A stretch of DNA of 64,000 nucleotides from an uncultured delta proteobacterium (GTDB lineage: Bacteria > Myxococcota_A > Polyangia > Haliangiales > Haliangiaceae), in assembly GCA_963743525.1 (NCBI GenBank), contig CAVUQH010000003.1, positions 352,001 through 416,000 of the forward strand, in the 5' to 3' direction. A model generated the notes under the pieces. That model did not search any database. It was not told where the DNA came from and saw only the letters and a list, made by a program, of their open reading frames with translations. Below are positions 53,051 to 64,000 of the stretch, piece by piece. Numbering within the stretch: the first letter of the stretch is position 1; the number at the start of each line of letters is the position of its first letter. The position numbers were made by a program, and so were the translations under genes.

Positions 53051-54127
53051 ATGTATTGGATCGGCGCGATCGTCGCGATCGGCGTATTGATCGTCGTGCA
53101 CGAGGCCGGGCACTTCTTCGTCGCCCGCTGGTGCAAGATGCGCGTCGATCGCTTCAGCGTCGGCTTCGGGCCGGCGATCTGGAGCCGCAAGAAGGGCGAC
53201 ACGATCTTCCAGATCGCGCCGATTCCGTTCGGCGGCTACGTGCAGATCAACGGCATGCTGGTCGCCGACGAGATCGATCCGGACGATCCGCACGCCTATC
53301 CCAACCGGCCGGCGTGGCAGCGGTTCGTCACCATCTTCGCCGGCCCCGCGACCAACTATCTGTTCGCCATCGTTCTGGCGGTGGTCTTCTTCTCCGTCGC
53401 CGGCGTCGAGACCAACGTCCGCAAGTACTGCGAGATCAGCTCGATCGAGAAGGGCTCCGACGCCGTCGGCAAGCTCGAGAAGGGCGACAAGATCGTCGGC
53501 ATCGAGCTGTACGATGGTGACAAGCTGATCTACCAGGGACGCCTGCAGAAGTCGCTCGGCGCCTACGTGCAGATCGCCCAGGACAACCCGATCAAGTTCC
53601 GCGTCGAGCGCGAGGTCAACGGTCAGGTAAAGAGCCGCATGGTCACGGTCCACGCCCACAAGGTCGAGGCCAAGGACGGCAGCCAGATGTATTTGATCGG
53701 CGTTCGCCACACCGAGCTGCGCGAGCGCCGCGACGTCGGCATCTTCGCCTCGGTCGGCTACGCGCTCTACTACCCGATCGATCAGACCCAGCAGATCGTC
53801 AGCGGTCTGTTCAAGGTGATCACCGGTGAGGAGAAGGGCGAGCTGACCGGGCCGGTCGGCATCACCAGCGTGATCAAGGACTCGATCGAGGCCGGCTGGC
53901 TGAGCCTGGTCCGGCTGCTGATGATCCTCAACGTCTACCTGGGGCTGTTCAATCTGTTCCCGCTCCCCGCCCTCGACGGCGGGCGGCTGGTGTTCCTGGG
54001 CTACGAGATGGCCACGCGTCGGCGGGCCAACCCCAAGGTCGAGGCGACCGTGCACATGGTCGGCATCATGGCCCTGCTCGTGGTGATGGTCCTGGTGACC
54101 TACAAGGACATCGCCAAGCTCCTGTAG
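53051..54127 (+). CDS. rseP: Site-2 intramembrane metalloprotease (M50)
   Basis: HEAGH, FSVGFG, AGPATN and NLFPLPALDGG motifs. Confidence 0.94.
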   Translation: MYWIGAIVAIGVLIVVHEAGHFFVARWCKMRVDRFSVGFGPAIWSRKKGDTIFQIAPIPFGGYVQINGMLVADEIDPDDPHAYPNRPAWQRFVTIFAGPATNYLFAIVLAVVFFSVAGVETNVRKYCEISSIEKGSDAVGKLEKGDKIVGIELYDGDKLIYQGRLQKSLGAYVQIAQDNPIKFRVEREVNGQVKSRMVTVHAHKVEAKDGSQMYLIGVRHTELRERRDVGIFASVGYALYYPIDQTQQIVSGLFKVITGEEKGELTGPVGITSVIKDSIEAGWLSLVRLLMILNVYLGLFNLFPLPALDGGRLVFLGYEMATRRRANPKVEATVHMVGIMALLVVMVLVTYKDIAKLL

Positions 54128-54137
54128 GAGCGCGGCC

Positions 54138-55988
<1,851 letters not shown>

Positions 55989-56087
55989 TCTACTGAGATC
56001 AATCGGGATCTCGGCACAAATGCCCAATCTCTCCCGACCGTGACGGGGAACGGGAATCGACCCGGACCGAGCACCGGTTCAAGGGAC

Positions 56088-56654
56088 GTGACCGACACGG
56101 AACTGTTCCGCCACTACCTGGCCAAGGGCTCGCCCGAGGCGGCCGCGTGGAACCTGTCGCCCGAGTGCGCCTACCTCGACTACCGGCTGCGCACGTGGGC
56201 GCGCGAGATCGTCGGACGCCGCCACGGGCTGTCGGTGTTGAACGTCGGCATCGGTGTCGGTGAGTGGGACGACTTCCTCGGCTACCTGCTGGCCGGCAGC
56301 GGCACGCTGACCAGCATCGACAACGACGCGACCATCTGCGAGACGCTGCGGGCGCGGCAGCACCGTGAAGGGCACCCGAACCCGGCCACCGTGGTCTGCG
56401 CGGATCTGCTCACCTGGGATTCGCACCAGCGCTTCGACCTGGTGACGATCGTCGGCTCGACGCTGCCGGAGATCGGCGACACCCCCGCCGCCGTGAGGAC
56501 GGCGCTGTCGCTGCTGTCCGCCTGCGGTCGGGTGGCGCTGTTGACCATCGGCGACGAGCCCGACCTGCGCGGCCTCGACGTCATGGTGTTGCGCCGCGAG
56601 ACCGATACCGCCATCCGCACGGCGATTCGCCTGTCGGTGCTGGTGGCCGGCTAG
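56088..56654 (+). CDS. Class I SAM-dependent methyltransferase
   Basis: VLNVGIGVG, SIDND, VCADL and FDLV motifs. Confidence 0.75.
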   Translation: MTDTELFRHYLAKGSPEAAAWNLSPECAYLDYRLRTWAREIVGRRHGLSVLNVGIGVGEWDDFLGYLLAGSGTLTSIDNDATICETLRARQHREGHPNPATVVCADLLTWDSHQRFDLVTIVGSTLPEIGDTPAAVRTALSLLSACGRVALLTIGDEPDLRGLDVMVLRRETDTAIRTAIRLSVLVAG

Positions 56655-56813
56655 GGCGCGCGGCCGAAGCGCTATCATCGGCGCATGGGGCTCAAACCGC
56701 GGGCGGTCGCGCCGATCGGGTGATGCGCGAGCTGCTGGTCAACAACCGCGAGGCGATCGGACCGACGGCGAGCGGCTGGCTCGACGTGCTGGCCACGGTT
56801 CGCCCGGCCTGAC

Positions 56814-56954
56814 TCTGTTCAAATCTGTTCAGCGTCTGTTCAAGCCGTTCAACTATTGAATACGGGGTTTTCGGCAGGTTCTCCATGAAGGAGGAGTAAC
56901 TAGCTAGAACTACAGCTGCATACACTGTTCAAGGCCCAGGGCACCAAAGTTGCA
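56814..56954 (+). promoter_or_regulatory. Sigma54 -24/-12 promoter with upstream phased direct repeats (candidate enhancer)
   Basis: GGGCAC-CAAAG-TTGCA at 56939-56954; TCTGTTCA-like repeats at 56814, 56824, 56835 and 56845. Confidence 0.6.
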
Positions 56955-56994
56955 ATCTTCGTATGCCGGACCACGGGGAATACGGAGGGGCGAC

Positions 56995-58066
56995 ATGAAC
57001 CGCTCGGTTTCGAGACTCGGCGCACTGGCACTGATCCTGGCGATCACCGGCATCGGCAGCTCGGCGAACGCGTACATCGCTGACGACGACCCGTGCGGCA
57101 GCGCGCCGGCCGGATGGAACGCGCCCAACGGCGCGGCGGTCTCCAGCCGCGCCTCGCACGGTCCGATCACCCAGCTGATGGATGCGATCGGCGAGTACTA
57201 CAGCCACCAGATGCTGTCCCACGGCCCCGGCTCGACCAGGTGGGTCAGCCACAGCACGATGAAGAACCCGGGCGTCGAGGTCGGCATCTTCGGCGACGAC
57301 GACTTCGACTACAACGATCTGGTGGCCGGCTACCCGGGACCCGCGCAGGTCAACATGGGCGCCGCCTATCACATGCTCTACCGCGACGGCGGCACGACGG
57401 TCAGGTACGTCTCCGGCGGCACCACCGGCGCCCAGGTCGCCGACTGGATGTGGAGCTCGCTGCCCTACTGCGGCAACGTGTCGTCCGGTCCCTGTTACGT
57501 CGGCGTCTCCTCGCAGGAGAACAGCAACTACAACATCTACATCATCGGCCGGAAGCAGAACGGCACCACCTACCGCCACTCGTACGGCTTCTTCCAGTAC
57601 CAGAACGACAAGTCGGTGCCCAACGGCGACGACACCTCGTCGATCTCCGTGGGCGCAGCAGTGCAGCACCTTCATGGCCTGGGGGCTGCACCTGGTCACC
57701 GGCCAGACCATCAGCTCGCGCAGCTACTCCAACAGCGTCGTCGGCCCGGCGGCCTATCTCCTGCACAGCGCCGTGTCCGACGAATGCGACGACAGCGCCG
57801 GCTGGTTCGGCGGCCTGTTCGTCAACTGCGACGACCTGGCCGACCAGCTGGTCAACTGCTTCACCGCCGAGATCAACGGCGCCGGCATCTGCGACAACGA
57901 CAGCAGCAGCGTGTGGAAGGGCTTCGCCACCAACGGCACCGCGGTGTCGGTGAGCCCGGACCGCATCGTCGGCAACAACGGCTCCGGCGGCGGCCCGTGG
58001 GCGACCAACCCCGAGTACACGGTCTATTTCAACCAGGGCGGCAGCGTCTACGGCTGCTTCTTCTAG
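56995..58066 (+). pseudogene. Secreted Cys-rich protein, possibly permuted papain-like (YiiX/NlpC-P60); one extra base near 57646-57649
   Basis: RBS GGAGGGG; signal peptide; removing one base joins ..DDTSSIS to WAQQCSTFMAWG..YGCFF (356 aa). Confidence 0.7.
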
Positions 58067-58075
58067 GCCTCGGCC

Positions 58076-59524
58076 ATGAACGGCAAGCGCGTTGCCGTCC
58101 TGAGCGTCCTCCTGATCTTGCTGATCATGTCGCTCGCGGCGCTGCTCTTCGATCTCTTCGGGCCTGGACCCAGACCCGGCGGCGACGACACCACCGCGCA
58201 CCGCGCGCTGTCGCCGGTGGCCGGCCCGTCAACCCGGGCCGCCCGCTCCGTGCCCCCGCGCATCGACGAGGGGCCGCCGGCGCAGGCGCCGATCGTCAAC
58301 GCGGTCACGGTCGAGAAGAAAGAGGTGTGCCAGGGCGAGGAGAACCTGATCACCGTGGCCGCGCATACCCCGGGCAACCGCGACGACGCCTACCTGCACG
58401 CGGTCATCGGCGGCAAGCCGGGCATGTCCGCGCCGATCAACGAGCGCCTGCAGGACGACGGCAGCCAGCCGCCGCCGCGGCAGATCGTGGTCTTCGGGCG
58501 CAACGGTGTGGCCACCACCGTCGACATTCCGCCGTACACGGTCAAGGAGTGCATGGTCGACCGCAAGGCCATCGTCGCCTACCGCGCTCGGCCCAACACC
58601 GATGGCGAGTACGACCTGGGCGTGCGCATCATGGACTGGGGCGCGACCACGCCGTTCGCGCCGGTCAGCTATCGCTGGGATTTCGGCGACGGCGAGACCG
58701 CCGACACCGACCACGCGTGGACCATCCACAGCTTCGAGCAGCGCGACCAGGGCGAGACGATGTTCGCCGAGTATCTGATCCAGGTGACCGTGACCTCGGC
58801 GACCGGCGAGACGCTGACCGGCCGGCGCACCCTGGTACTGCGCAACACCGCCTTCTCCAATCTGGTCAGGACCGGCATCGTGACCCTGTCGACCTCGCTC
58901 AACCCACGGTTCCCGGTGATCGGTGAGGACGGGGTCGTGCGCGAGATGGTGCGCTTGTGGCACCACCGCCCGGACCCGGTGCGGATCGACCGGGTCACGC
59001 TGCGCACCAACTACGAGTCCGACCGACCGCCGACGTTGCGCGACGTTCCCGTCAACCAGGTCCTCGACAACCGTCGGATCCCTCGGACCGGCACCACCGT
59101 TGCGGTGACCCTGGACACCAACGACGACCCGGACGTCTTCTCGGTCGACTACCTGCTCGAGGGCGTCAGCGCCGAGGGGCTGCCCGTGCGCGGCGTCTTC
59201 CCCATCATGACGCCGACCAGGCTGCCGACCAGGGAAGACCACATCCCGGTGCGCGACCCGCTGTTGACCGCCAAGATCATTCGCGCCCGCGAGCTGCTGA
59301 ACAAGAAGTTCGTCACCGACGAGGAGATCTGGGCGCTCGAGCGGGACGGTGCCTTCGACGACCTGGTGGTCCCCGCCGGCGCGTCGGCGGCCGCGCGGCC
59401 GTCGACCTACAGCGACATGCCGCCGCACCCGGCCCGGCTCGGCGAACCGGCCGGCAACGACAGGCTGCCGACCGGTGAGACCTTGCCGGTGCTGGGTGGC
59501 GGCGAAGCGCCCGCCGGGCGCTGA
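58076..59524 (+). CDS. Membrane-anchored PKD-domain protein
   Basis: N-terminal TM helix; SYRWDFGDG PKD motif; starts 9 nt after the upstream stop. Confidence 0.78.
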   Translation: MNGKRVAVLSVLLILLIMSLAALLFDLFGPGPRPGGDDTTAHRALSPVAGPSTRAARSVPPRIDEGPPAQAPIVNAVTVEKKEVCQGEENLITVAAHTPGNRDDAYLHAVIGGKPGMSAPINERLQDDGSQPPPRQIVVFGRNGVATTVDIPPYTVKECMVDRKAIVAYRARPNTDGEYDLGVRIMDWGATTPFAPVSYRWDFGDGETADTDHAWTIHSFEQRDQGETMFAEYLIQVTVTSATGETLTGRRTLVLRNTAFSNLVRTGIVTLSTSLNPRFPVIGEDGVVREMVRLWHHRPDPVRIDRVTLRTNYESDRPPTLRDVPVNQVLDNRRIPRTGTTVAVTLDTNDDPDVFSVDYLLEGVSAEGLPVRGVFPIMTPTRLPTREDHIPVRDPLLTAKIIRARELLNKKFVTDEEIWALERDGAFDDLVVPAGASAAARPSTYSDMPPHPARLGEPAGNDRLPTGETLPVLGGGEAPAGR

Positions 59525-61891
59525 CTACTGCACGCGGATGAAGTTCGACGTGTCGTCGTCGTACAGCCACAACCGGTTGGCGACCGCGTCGAAGCCCATG
59601 CCGTAGTTGGTCGTGGTGCCGCCGAAGTTGAGCAGCAGGTTGGTGTACGGGGTAGCCGCCGGCTCACACATGTACTGGACCTTCTTCTCGCCGGCGTTGA
59701 CGTAGAGGATGTCGGCGGTGCCGTCACCGTCGTTGTCGTAGGCTTGCAGCCCGTTGGCGCTGTAGTCGAGCAGCCAGCTGTCGGCGATGGTGGTCACCGC
59801 GAAGGTCGTCCGGTCGATGCGCACCACGTGGTCGGCGCCGTAGCAGGCGGTGTAGAAGTAGTTGTCGTCCATCGCCAGGCCGCTGCAGTACGACTCGCCC
59901 TGGAAGCCGCCCTCGAGGCTGGCCGCCGCCGGCAGCGTGGTCGCGTTGGCGTCCACCGACCAGATCTCGGTGTCCAGCGTCGAGCTGCTCTCGTGGGTGA
60001 TCAGGTACAGCTTGCCCTTGTAGACGGTGGCGCCGTGGAAGTCGTCGCCCGGGGTGGTGGCGAAGCTGGCGTACTCCTGCGGGTTCCAGGTGGTACCGCT
60101 GTCGTCGGTGATCAGCCACACCCGGCCGGTCTGCGCGATGCCGTCGTCGATGGTCCACACCCGCTTGCCGTTGACCGCCATGGCGTAGCCCAGCTTCGAC
60201 GCGTTGAGGTTGGCCGCGGTGGCGACGTTCTGCGCGATGCCGCCGGCCTTGGGCAGGCGGTACAGCTCGGAGTAACCGCCGGCGTAGACCCAGCCGGTCG
60301 GCTTGGTGTCGGCGGCGGTGGTGTAGACGGTGAAGGTCGGAATGCCCGACGGGATCAGTGTGCCGATGCCGGTGATCAGTCCGTTCTGTCCGGGCGTGCA
60401 TGGCGGCGTGAGCACGTTAACCGACCAGGTCGGCGCCGCGACCGCGTTGCCGCAGCGCGCGTCCTCCATGCCGGTCCAGCTCACGGTCAGGTGCTCGCCC
60501 GGCGGGAAGCTCATGCCCGGGTCAACCTGCAGGTGCTTGTCGGTGTTCGACCAGTAGACGCTGCTCGGCGAGGTCGACAGGTCGATGCTGATGCTGGTGC
60601 CCATGTCGCCGGTGATGGTCACGACGCCGACGTCCGGGTTCATCGTGGTGTCGAAATCGACGTCGAAGGTCGGCGACAGCGTAGTCGTGGTCGCTCCGTT
60701 CGCCGGGTCGAGCGTCGTCGGCGTGGCCGCGTAGGTCGAGCAGTCGAACTCGGTGAGCGTGAAGCTCAGCGGGTTGGGCAGCGGATCCGAGCCCGACGAG
60801 CTGTCGGTGATGTAGAAGTAGTAGGTGGTGCCCGACGTCGCCTGGATGCTGCCGCCCATCGACGTGTACGAGTACTCGCTCACGCAGGTCAGCGCCGGCG
60901 TCACCGTGCCGCATGCCTGATCCGAGACCTGCAGCATGTGGCGGCTGTATTCCTGCTTGTCCATCGAGAAGTCGAGGGCGCCGTCCCGGGTCGCCGTGTA
61001 CGACAGCACGATGTCCGGGCCGGTCTGCGAGAAGCCGCAGTCCGGCGACGACAGGTAGTCGAGGTTGATCGCCGACCAGGCGATCGCGTTGGTGCCGGTG
61101 GACAGCTCGAACGCGCTGTTGCAGTCCTCTGCCGCCGCCGCCGACGTGCAGGTCGGTCCGGCGCTGAGAGCCACGCAGGTGCCGCCGGTGGTGACGCCGC
61201 AGTTCTCGGTCGCGCTCCAGTCGAGGCAGCCGTTGGCCTGCTCCTGGCAGGTCTCGACCACGTCGCCGTTGCACCGGCCGGTGTCGGCGACGCAGGTGTC
61301 GTTGCAGCCGCACATGGCGCCGCTGCCGCTGCCGTCGTCGGCGCAGAACTCGCCGCTGGTGCTGCAGTCGGTGCCGTCCTGCCAGATCATGCAGCCGGTG
61401 CCGGAGTTGACGCAGGTCTGAATGATGTCGCCGTTGCACTGGGTGGCGCTGCTGTCGGGGCACTCGTTGTTGCAGCAGGCGGTGTAGTCGTATTTGCAGT
61501 TGCTGGCGCAGGCGATGTCGCCGGCGCCGAAGCCGGCGCCGGTGCAGGTGGTGTCGCCCAACGCGGTGCCGTCACAATCCTCGCCCGGATCGATCTGGTC
61601 GTTGCCGCAGTTGCCGCCGCCGCACGAGGAGGTGTCGATCGTGCACTCGGCGGTGCAGCTCAGCGCGCCCGGTCCCTCGCCCAGCGAGGCGCAGGTGGCT
61701 CCGCCGAACCGGGTGCCGTCGCACTCCTCGCCGACGTCGAGAAGACCGTCTCCGCAGGTGCAGTCGTCGGGGCAAGACGCATGCGTCTCGCCGTCGCTGC
61801 ACACAGAATCACCACATTCGTGGCCCGAGCTGCACCCCATCAGGACGCCCGCAACCAACGCCGCCGCCAGTACCAAACCCTGTTTTGTCAT
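59525..61891 (-). CDS. Cys-rich repeat lipoprotein with Ig-like and propeller-like C-terminal regions
   Basis: Lipobox LMGC; myxococcal CGDG..GEECDG repeats; Thr-rich beta domains. Confidence 0.8.
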   Translation of the reverse strand: MTKQGLVLAAALVAGVLMGCSSGHECGDSVCSDGETHASCPDDCTCGDGLLDVGEECDGTRFGGATCASLGEGPGALSCTAECTIDTSSCGGGNCGNDQIDPGEDCDGTALGDTTCTGAGFGAGDIACASNCKYDYTACCNNECPDSSATQCNGDIIQTCVNSGTGCMIWQDGTDCSTSGEFCADDGSGSGAMCGCNDTCVADTGRCNGDVVETCQEQANGCLDWSATENCGVTTGGTCVALSAGPTCTSAAAAEDCNSAFELSTGTNAIAWSAINLDYLSSPDCGFSQTGPDIVLSYTATRDGALDFSMDKQEYSRHMLQVSDQACGTVTPALTCVSEYSYTSMGGSIQATSGTTYYFYITDSSSGSDPLPNPLSFTLTEFDCSTYAATPTTLDPANGATTTTLSPTFDVDFDTTMNPDVGVVTITGDMGTSISIDLSTSPSSVYWSNTDKHLQVDPGMSFPPGEHLTVSWTGMEDARCGNAVAAPTWSVNVLTPPCTPGQNGLITGIGTLIPSGIPTFTVYTTAADTKPTGWVYAGGYSELYRLPKAGGIAQNVATAANLNASKLGYAMAVNGKRVWTIDDGIAQTGRVWLITDDSGTTWNPQEYASFATTPGDDFHGATVYKGKLYLITHESSSTLDTEIWSVDANATTLPAAASLEGGFQGESYCSGLAMDDNYFYTACYGADHVVRIDRTTFAVTTIADSWLLDYSANGLQAYDNDGDGTADILYVNAGEKKVQYMCEPAATPYTNLLLNFGGTTTNYGMGFDAVANRLWLYDDDTSNFIRVQ

Positions 61892-62203
61892 AGATATCCC
61901 TGCTGCTCTGCCAAAAGCGGCGGCACATTAGTCGCGAGGTCCCCGCTCTGCAACCACGGATCGAAAAGAGAAACGCATTGCAACCTTCGTGTCGCGTCGC
62001 TTACGAAGTGAGCTTGCGCTGATCGAACGCGAGTGCGCACGACCGTGAGCAGTGCGCGACTTCCGATCGCTCTGGTGTGAGTAATCCCTCACCAGCAAAG
62101 AGGAGACACGGGAGAAACTCGGCTTTACGCGCCGCCCTGCCTGGGATATGTACGGCCCCCTATTGGGTCGCCTGACAATTCGGTACGCAGAGCAGGAGCA
62201 ACG

Positions 62204-64000
62204 ATGAGAGTGGGTAGGGTTTCGGTAGCCTTGTTGGTCGTTTTCGCGGGATGTGGCCCCAGCTCCGGTAATCCCGGCGGTGTTGGTCCCGACGCGTCGC
62301 AAGCCAGTAACTGCGATCCCTCTGCGGATACCGACAACGACTGCATTCCCGACGGCGTCGAGGGATGCCAGGACATTCCCCCACGCGATCGCGATCGCGA
62401 CGGCAACCCCGACTACACCGACGTCGACTCCGACGGTGACGGACTGCGCGACGGTCTCGAGGCCGGCGACTGCCAGAATCCGATCGACACCGACGGAGAC
62501 GGGCTGCCCGACTATCTCGATCCCGACTCGGACAACGACGGCGTGCGCGACGGCGACGAGGATCGCAACGGCGACGGCATGATCGGCACCTGCTCGCAGC
62601 CGTGCGCGAGCAACGATCACTGCGGCCCGGGCGAGAACTGCTCGATTCCCGAGACCGGCGGCCTCGGCGTCTGCGTGTCGCTGGCATGTGCCGGCGGCGA
62701 GACCGATCCGCACAACCCCGACACCGACGGTGACGGCAAGCGCGACGGCCAGGAGGGCACCTTCATCTGCAACCCGCGGTCGGAGGACAACCCCAACGGC
62801 CTCAAGCCGATCAAGTACGCCGACTCGTCCGACACCATGTACGCCGCGGCCAACTGGCGGCTGGCGCTGGAGCAGGACGCGTTCGAGGGCGTGCCGGTGA
62901 TCTCCAGCCCGACCGCGCTGGAGTCGGCCTACACCTTCGACCTCACCGACCCGGCGACCCAGGTGGCCGGCTTCCTGGCTTCGCGCCCGGCCGTCGGTGC
63001 CACGCCGGTGGAAGAGTCGAACAACCTGATCGCCGCCCTGCAGGGCAGCAGCATCGTGTCGAACGTGACCACCCGCGTGTCGGGCACGGCGACCACCAGC
63101 CTCGACGGCTTCCCCACGGTGCTGTCCGCGGTGCTCGAGCTGACCACCAGCACGCCGGTCAACGCGGCCGGCATGCGCGCGGCGCTGCTGCCGATCCTGC
63201 TGTCGCGCCCGGCGGCGCAGATCACCATGCCGCCGGCCGGCTGGACCGGCACGCCGGACACGCAGTTCGTGCTGTCGGTGCAGACCATCCGCCGTCCCGA
63301 CGATCTGCAGACGCTGTACATCGGCGCCGTCGCCCGGCTCAGCCAGTACGACGACCGCACCACCGACACCGGCTTCCACGTCGATGACGTGTCCAACGGC
63401 ACCGGCAACTCGGTGTCGGGCAACGGCGAGGCGATCGAGTGCGAGCAGTTCGTCGCCGACCAGCAGGCGACCGCCGACATCATCTGGGTGGTCAACGAGT
63501 CGGGCTCGGTCAACGACGACCGCCAGCGCATCGCCGACAACGCGTCGTCGTTCTTCAACAAGGCGGTGGCCGCGGGCCTCGACTTCCGCATGGGCGTCAC
63601 CGACATGAACGACACCGGCCCCGGTGGCGTGCCCGGCATCTTCGCCAGCCGCGCGGCCGGCGGCGGTGACCGCTGGTTGCTGCCCAACGAGCCGATGGAA
63701 TTCGAGAACAACATCAACGATCCGTCGGGCCCGGATGTCGGCGACTACGGCCTGGAGAACGGCCTGATGCAGGGCCGCGCGGCGATCATGAAGCACCTGC
63801 CGCGCAACGACGCCGACCCGACCAAGATCCGCGAGGAGGCCAAGCTGGTCGTCATCTACGTCACCGACGAGAAGGCGCAGGAGGTCGAAGACGCGGGCAT
63901 CCTCAGCGAGGGCAACGTCCAGCCCGACGCCACCCAGCAGGCGCAGATCGACGCGCTGGTGGCGCCGTACATCAACGACTTCATCAACAACAACGCGGTG
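62204..64000 (+). CDS. Lipoprotein with thrombospondin type 3-like Ca-binding repeats and a VWA domain (runs off the window)
   Basis: [25 protein letters not shown] lipobox; [24 protein letters not shown] repeats; [11 protein letters not shown] and DFRMGVT; not in the ORF track because it has no stop in the window. Confidence 0.85.
   Translation, partial: MRVGRVSVALLVVFAGCGPSSGNPGGVGPDASQASNCDPSADTDNDCIPDGVEGCQDIPPRDRDRDGNPDYTDVDSDGDGLRDGLEAGDCQNPIDTDGDGLPDYLDPDSDNDGVRDGDEDRNGDGMIGTCSQPCASNDHCGPGENCSIPETGGLGVCVSLACAGGETDPHNPDTDGDGKRDGQEGTFICNPRSEDNPNGLKPIKYADSSDTMYAAANWRLALEQDAFEGVPVISSPTALESAYTFDLTDPATQVAGFLASRPAVGATPVEESNNLIAALQGSSIVSNVTTRVSGTATTSLDGFPTVLSAVLELTTSTPVNAAGMRAALLPILLSRPAAQITMPPAGWTGTPDTQFVLSVQTIRRPDDLQTLYIGAVARLSQYDDRTTDTGFHVDDVSNGTGNSVSGNGEAIECEQFVADQQATADIIWVVNESGSVNDDRQRIADNASSFFNKAVAAGLDFRMGVTDMNDTGPGGVPGIFASRAAGGGDRWLLPNEPMEFENNINDPSGPDVGDYGLENGLMQGRAAIMKHLPRNDADPTKIREEAKLVVIYVTDEKAQEVEDAGILSEGNVQPDATQQAQIDALVAPYINDFINNNAV

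Noticed and set aside
56686..56812. Short coding-like stretch after the SAM methyltransferase
   Set aside because: It is too short and interrupted to assign; it may be a gene remnant.
56817..56841. LexA/SOS box (GTTC-N7-GTTC and a partial match to the Myxococcus-type box)
   Set aside because: The repeats lie far upstream of a sigma54-like promoter, which fits an activator enhancer better, and the downstream genes are not repair genes. Not fully excluded.
56950..58926. Single 658-aa ORF
   Set aside because: After about 57649 it becomes Arg/Pro/Gly-rich off-frame sequence overlapping two better frames; it is explained by one extra base.

Overview
A very GC-rich, gene-dense chromosomal segment, most likely from a myxobacterium (Myxococcota; inferred from the Ser/Thr kinase-TPR, PilZ, sigma54 activator, Cys-rich and VWA lipoprotein content). 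It is mostly housekeeping and envelope genes (korAB, tRNA-Arg(CCG), tatBC, PBP1A, pspA, uppS-cdsA, gshB, add, cystathionine gamma-synthase/lyase, ppsR, astA, ssb, rseP, uvrC). There is no integrase, transposase, reverse transcriptase or CRISPR array. Main points of interest: (1) a radical SAM/SPASM enzyme with an MftB-like N-terminus, translationally coupled to a small membrane peptide with a GLNPNSSSLG motif, which is a candidate new peptide-modification system; (2) a cluster of unusual DNA-level structures: tandem copies of the last codons of two genes, hexamer tracts, long hairpins, an inverted-repeat element supplying a DNA methyltransferase start, a four-helix-bundle (Avd-like) gene, and strand-specific synonymous-codon skew around several of these; (3) a recurrent GTCGAC to GTCAAC/GTTGAC change that hits conserved Asp residues, which points to a methylated motif (probably a basecalling artefact); (4) a sigma54-type promoter with phased repeats upstream of a frameshifted, secreted permuted papain-like protein and a PKD partner. 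All product calls come from motif recognition by eye, with no database searches.
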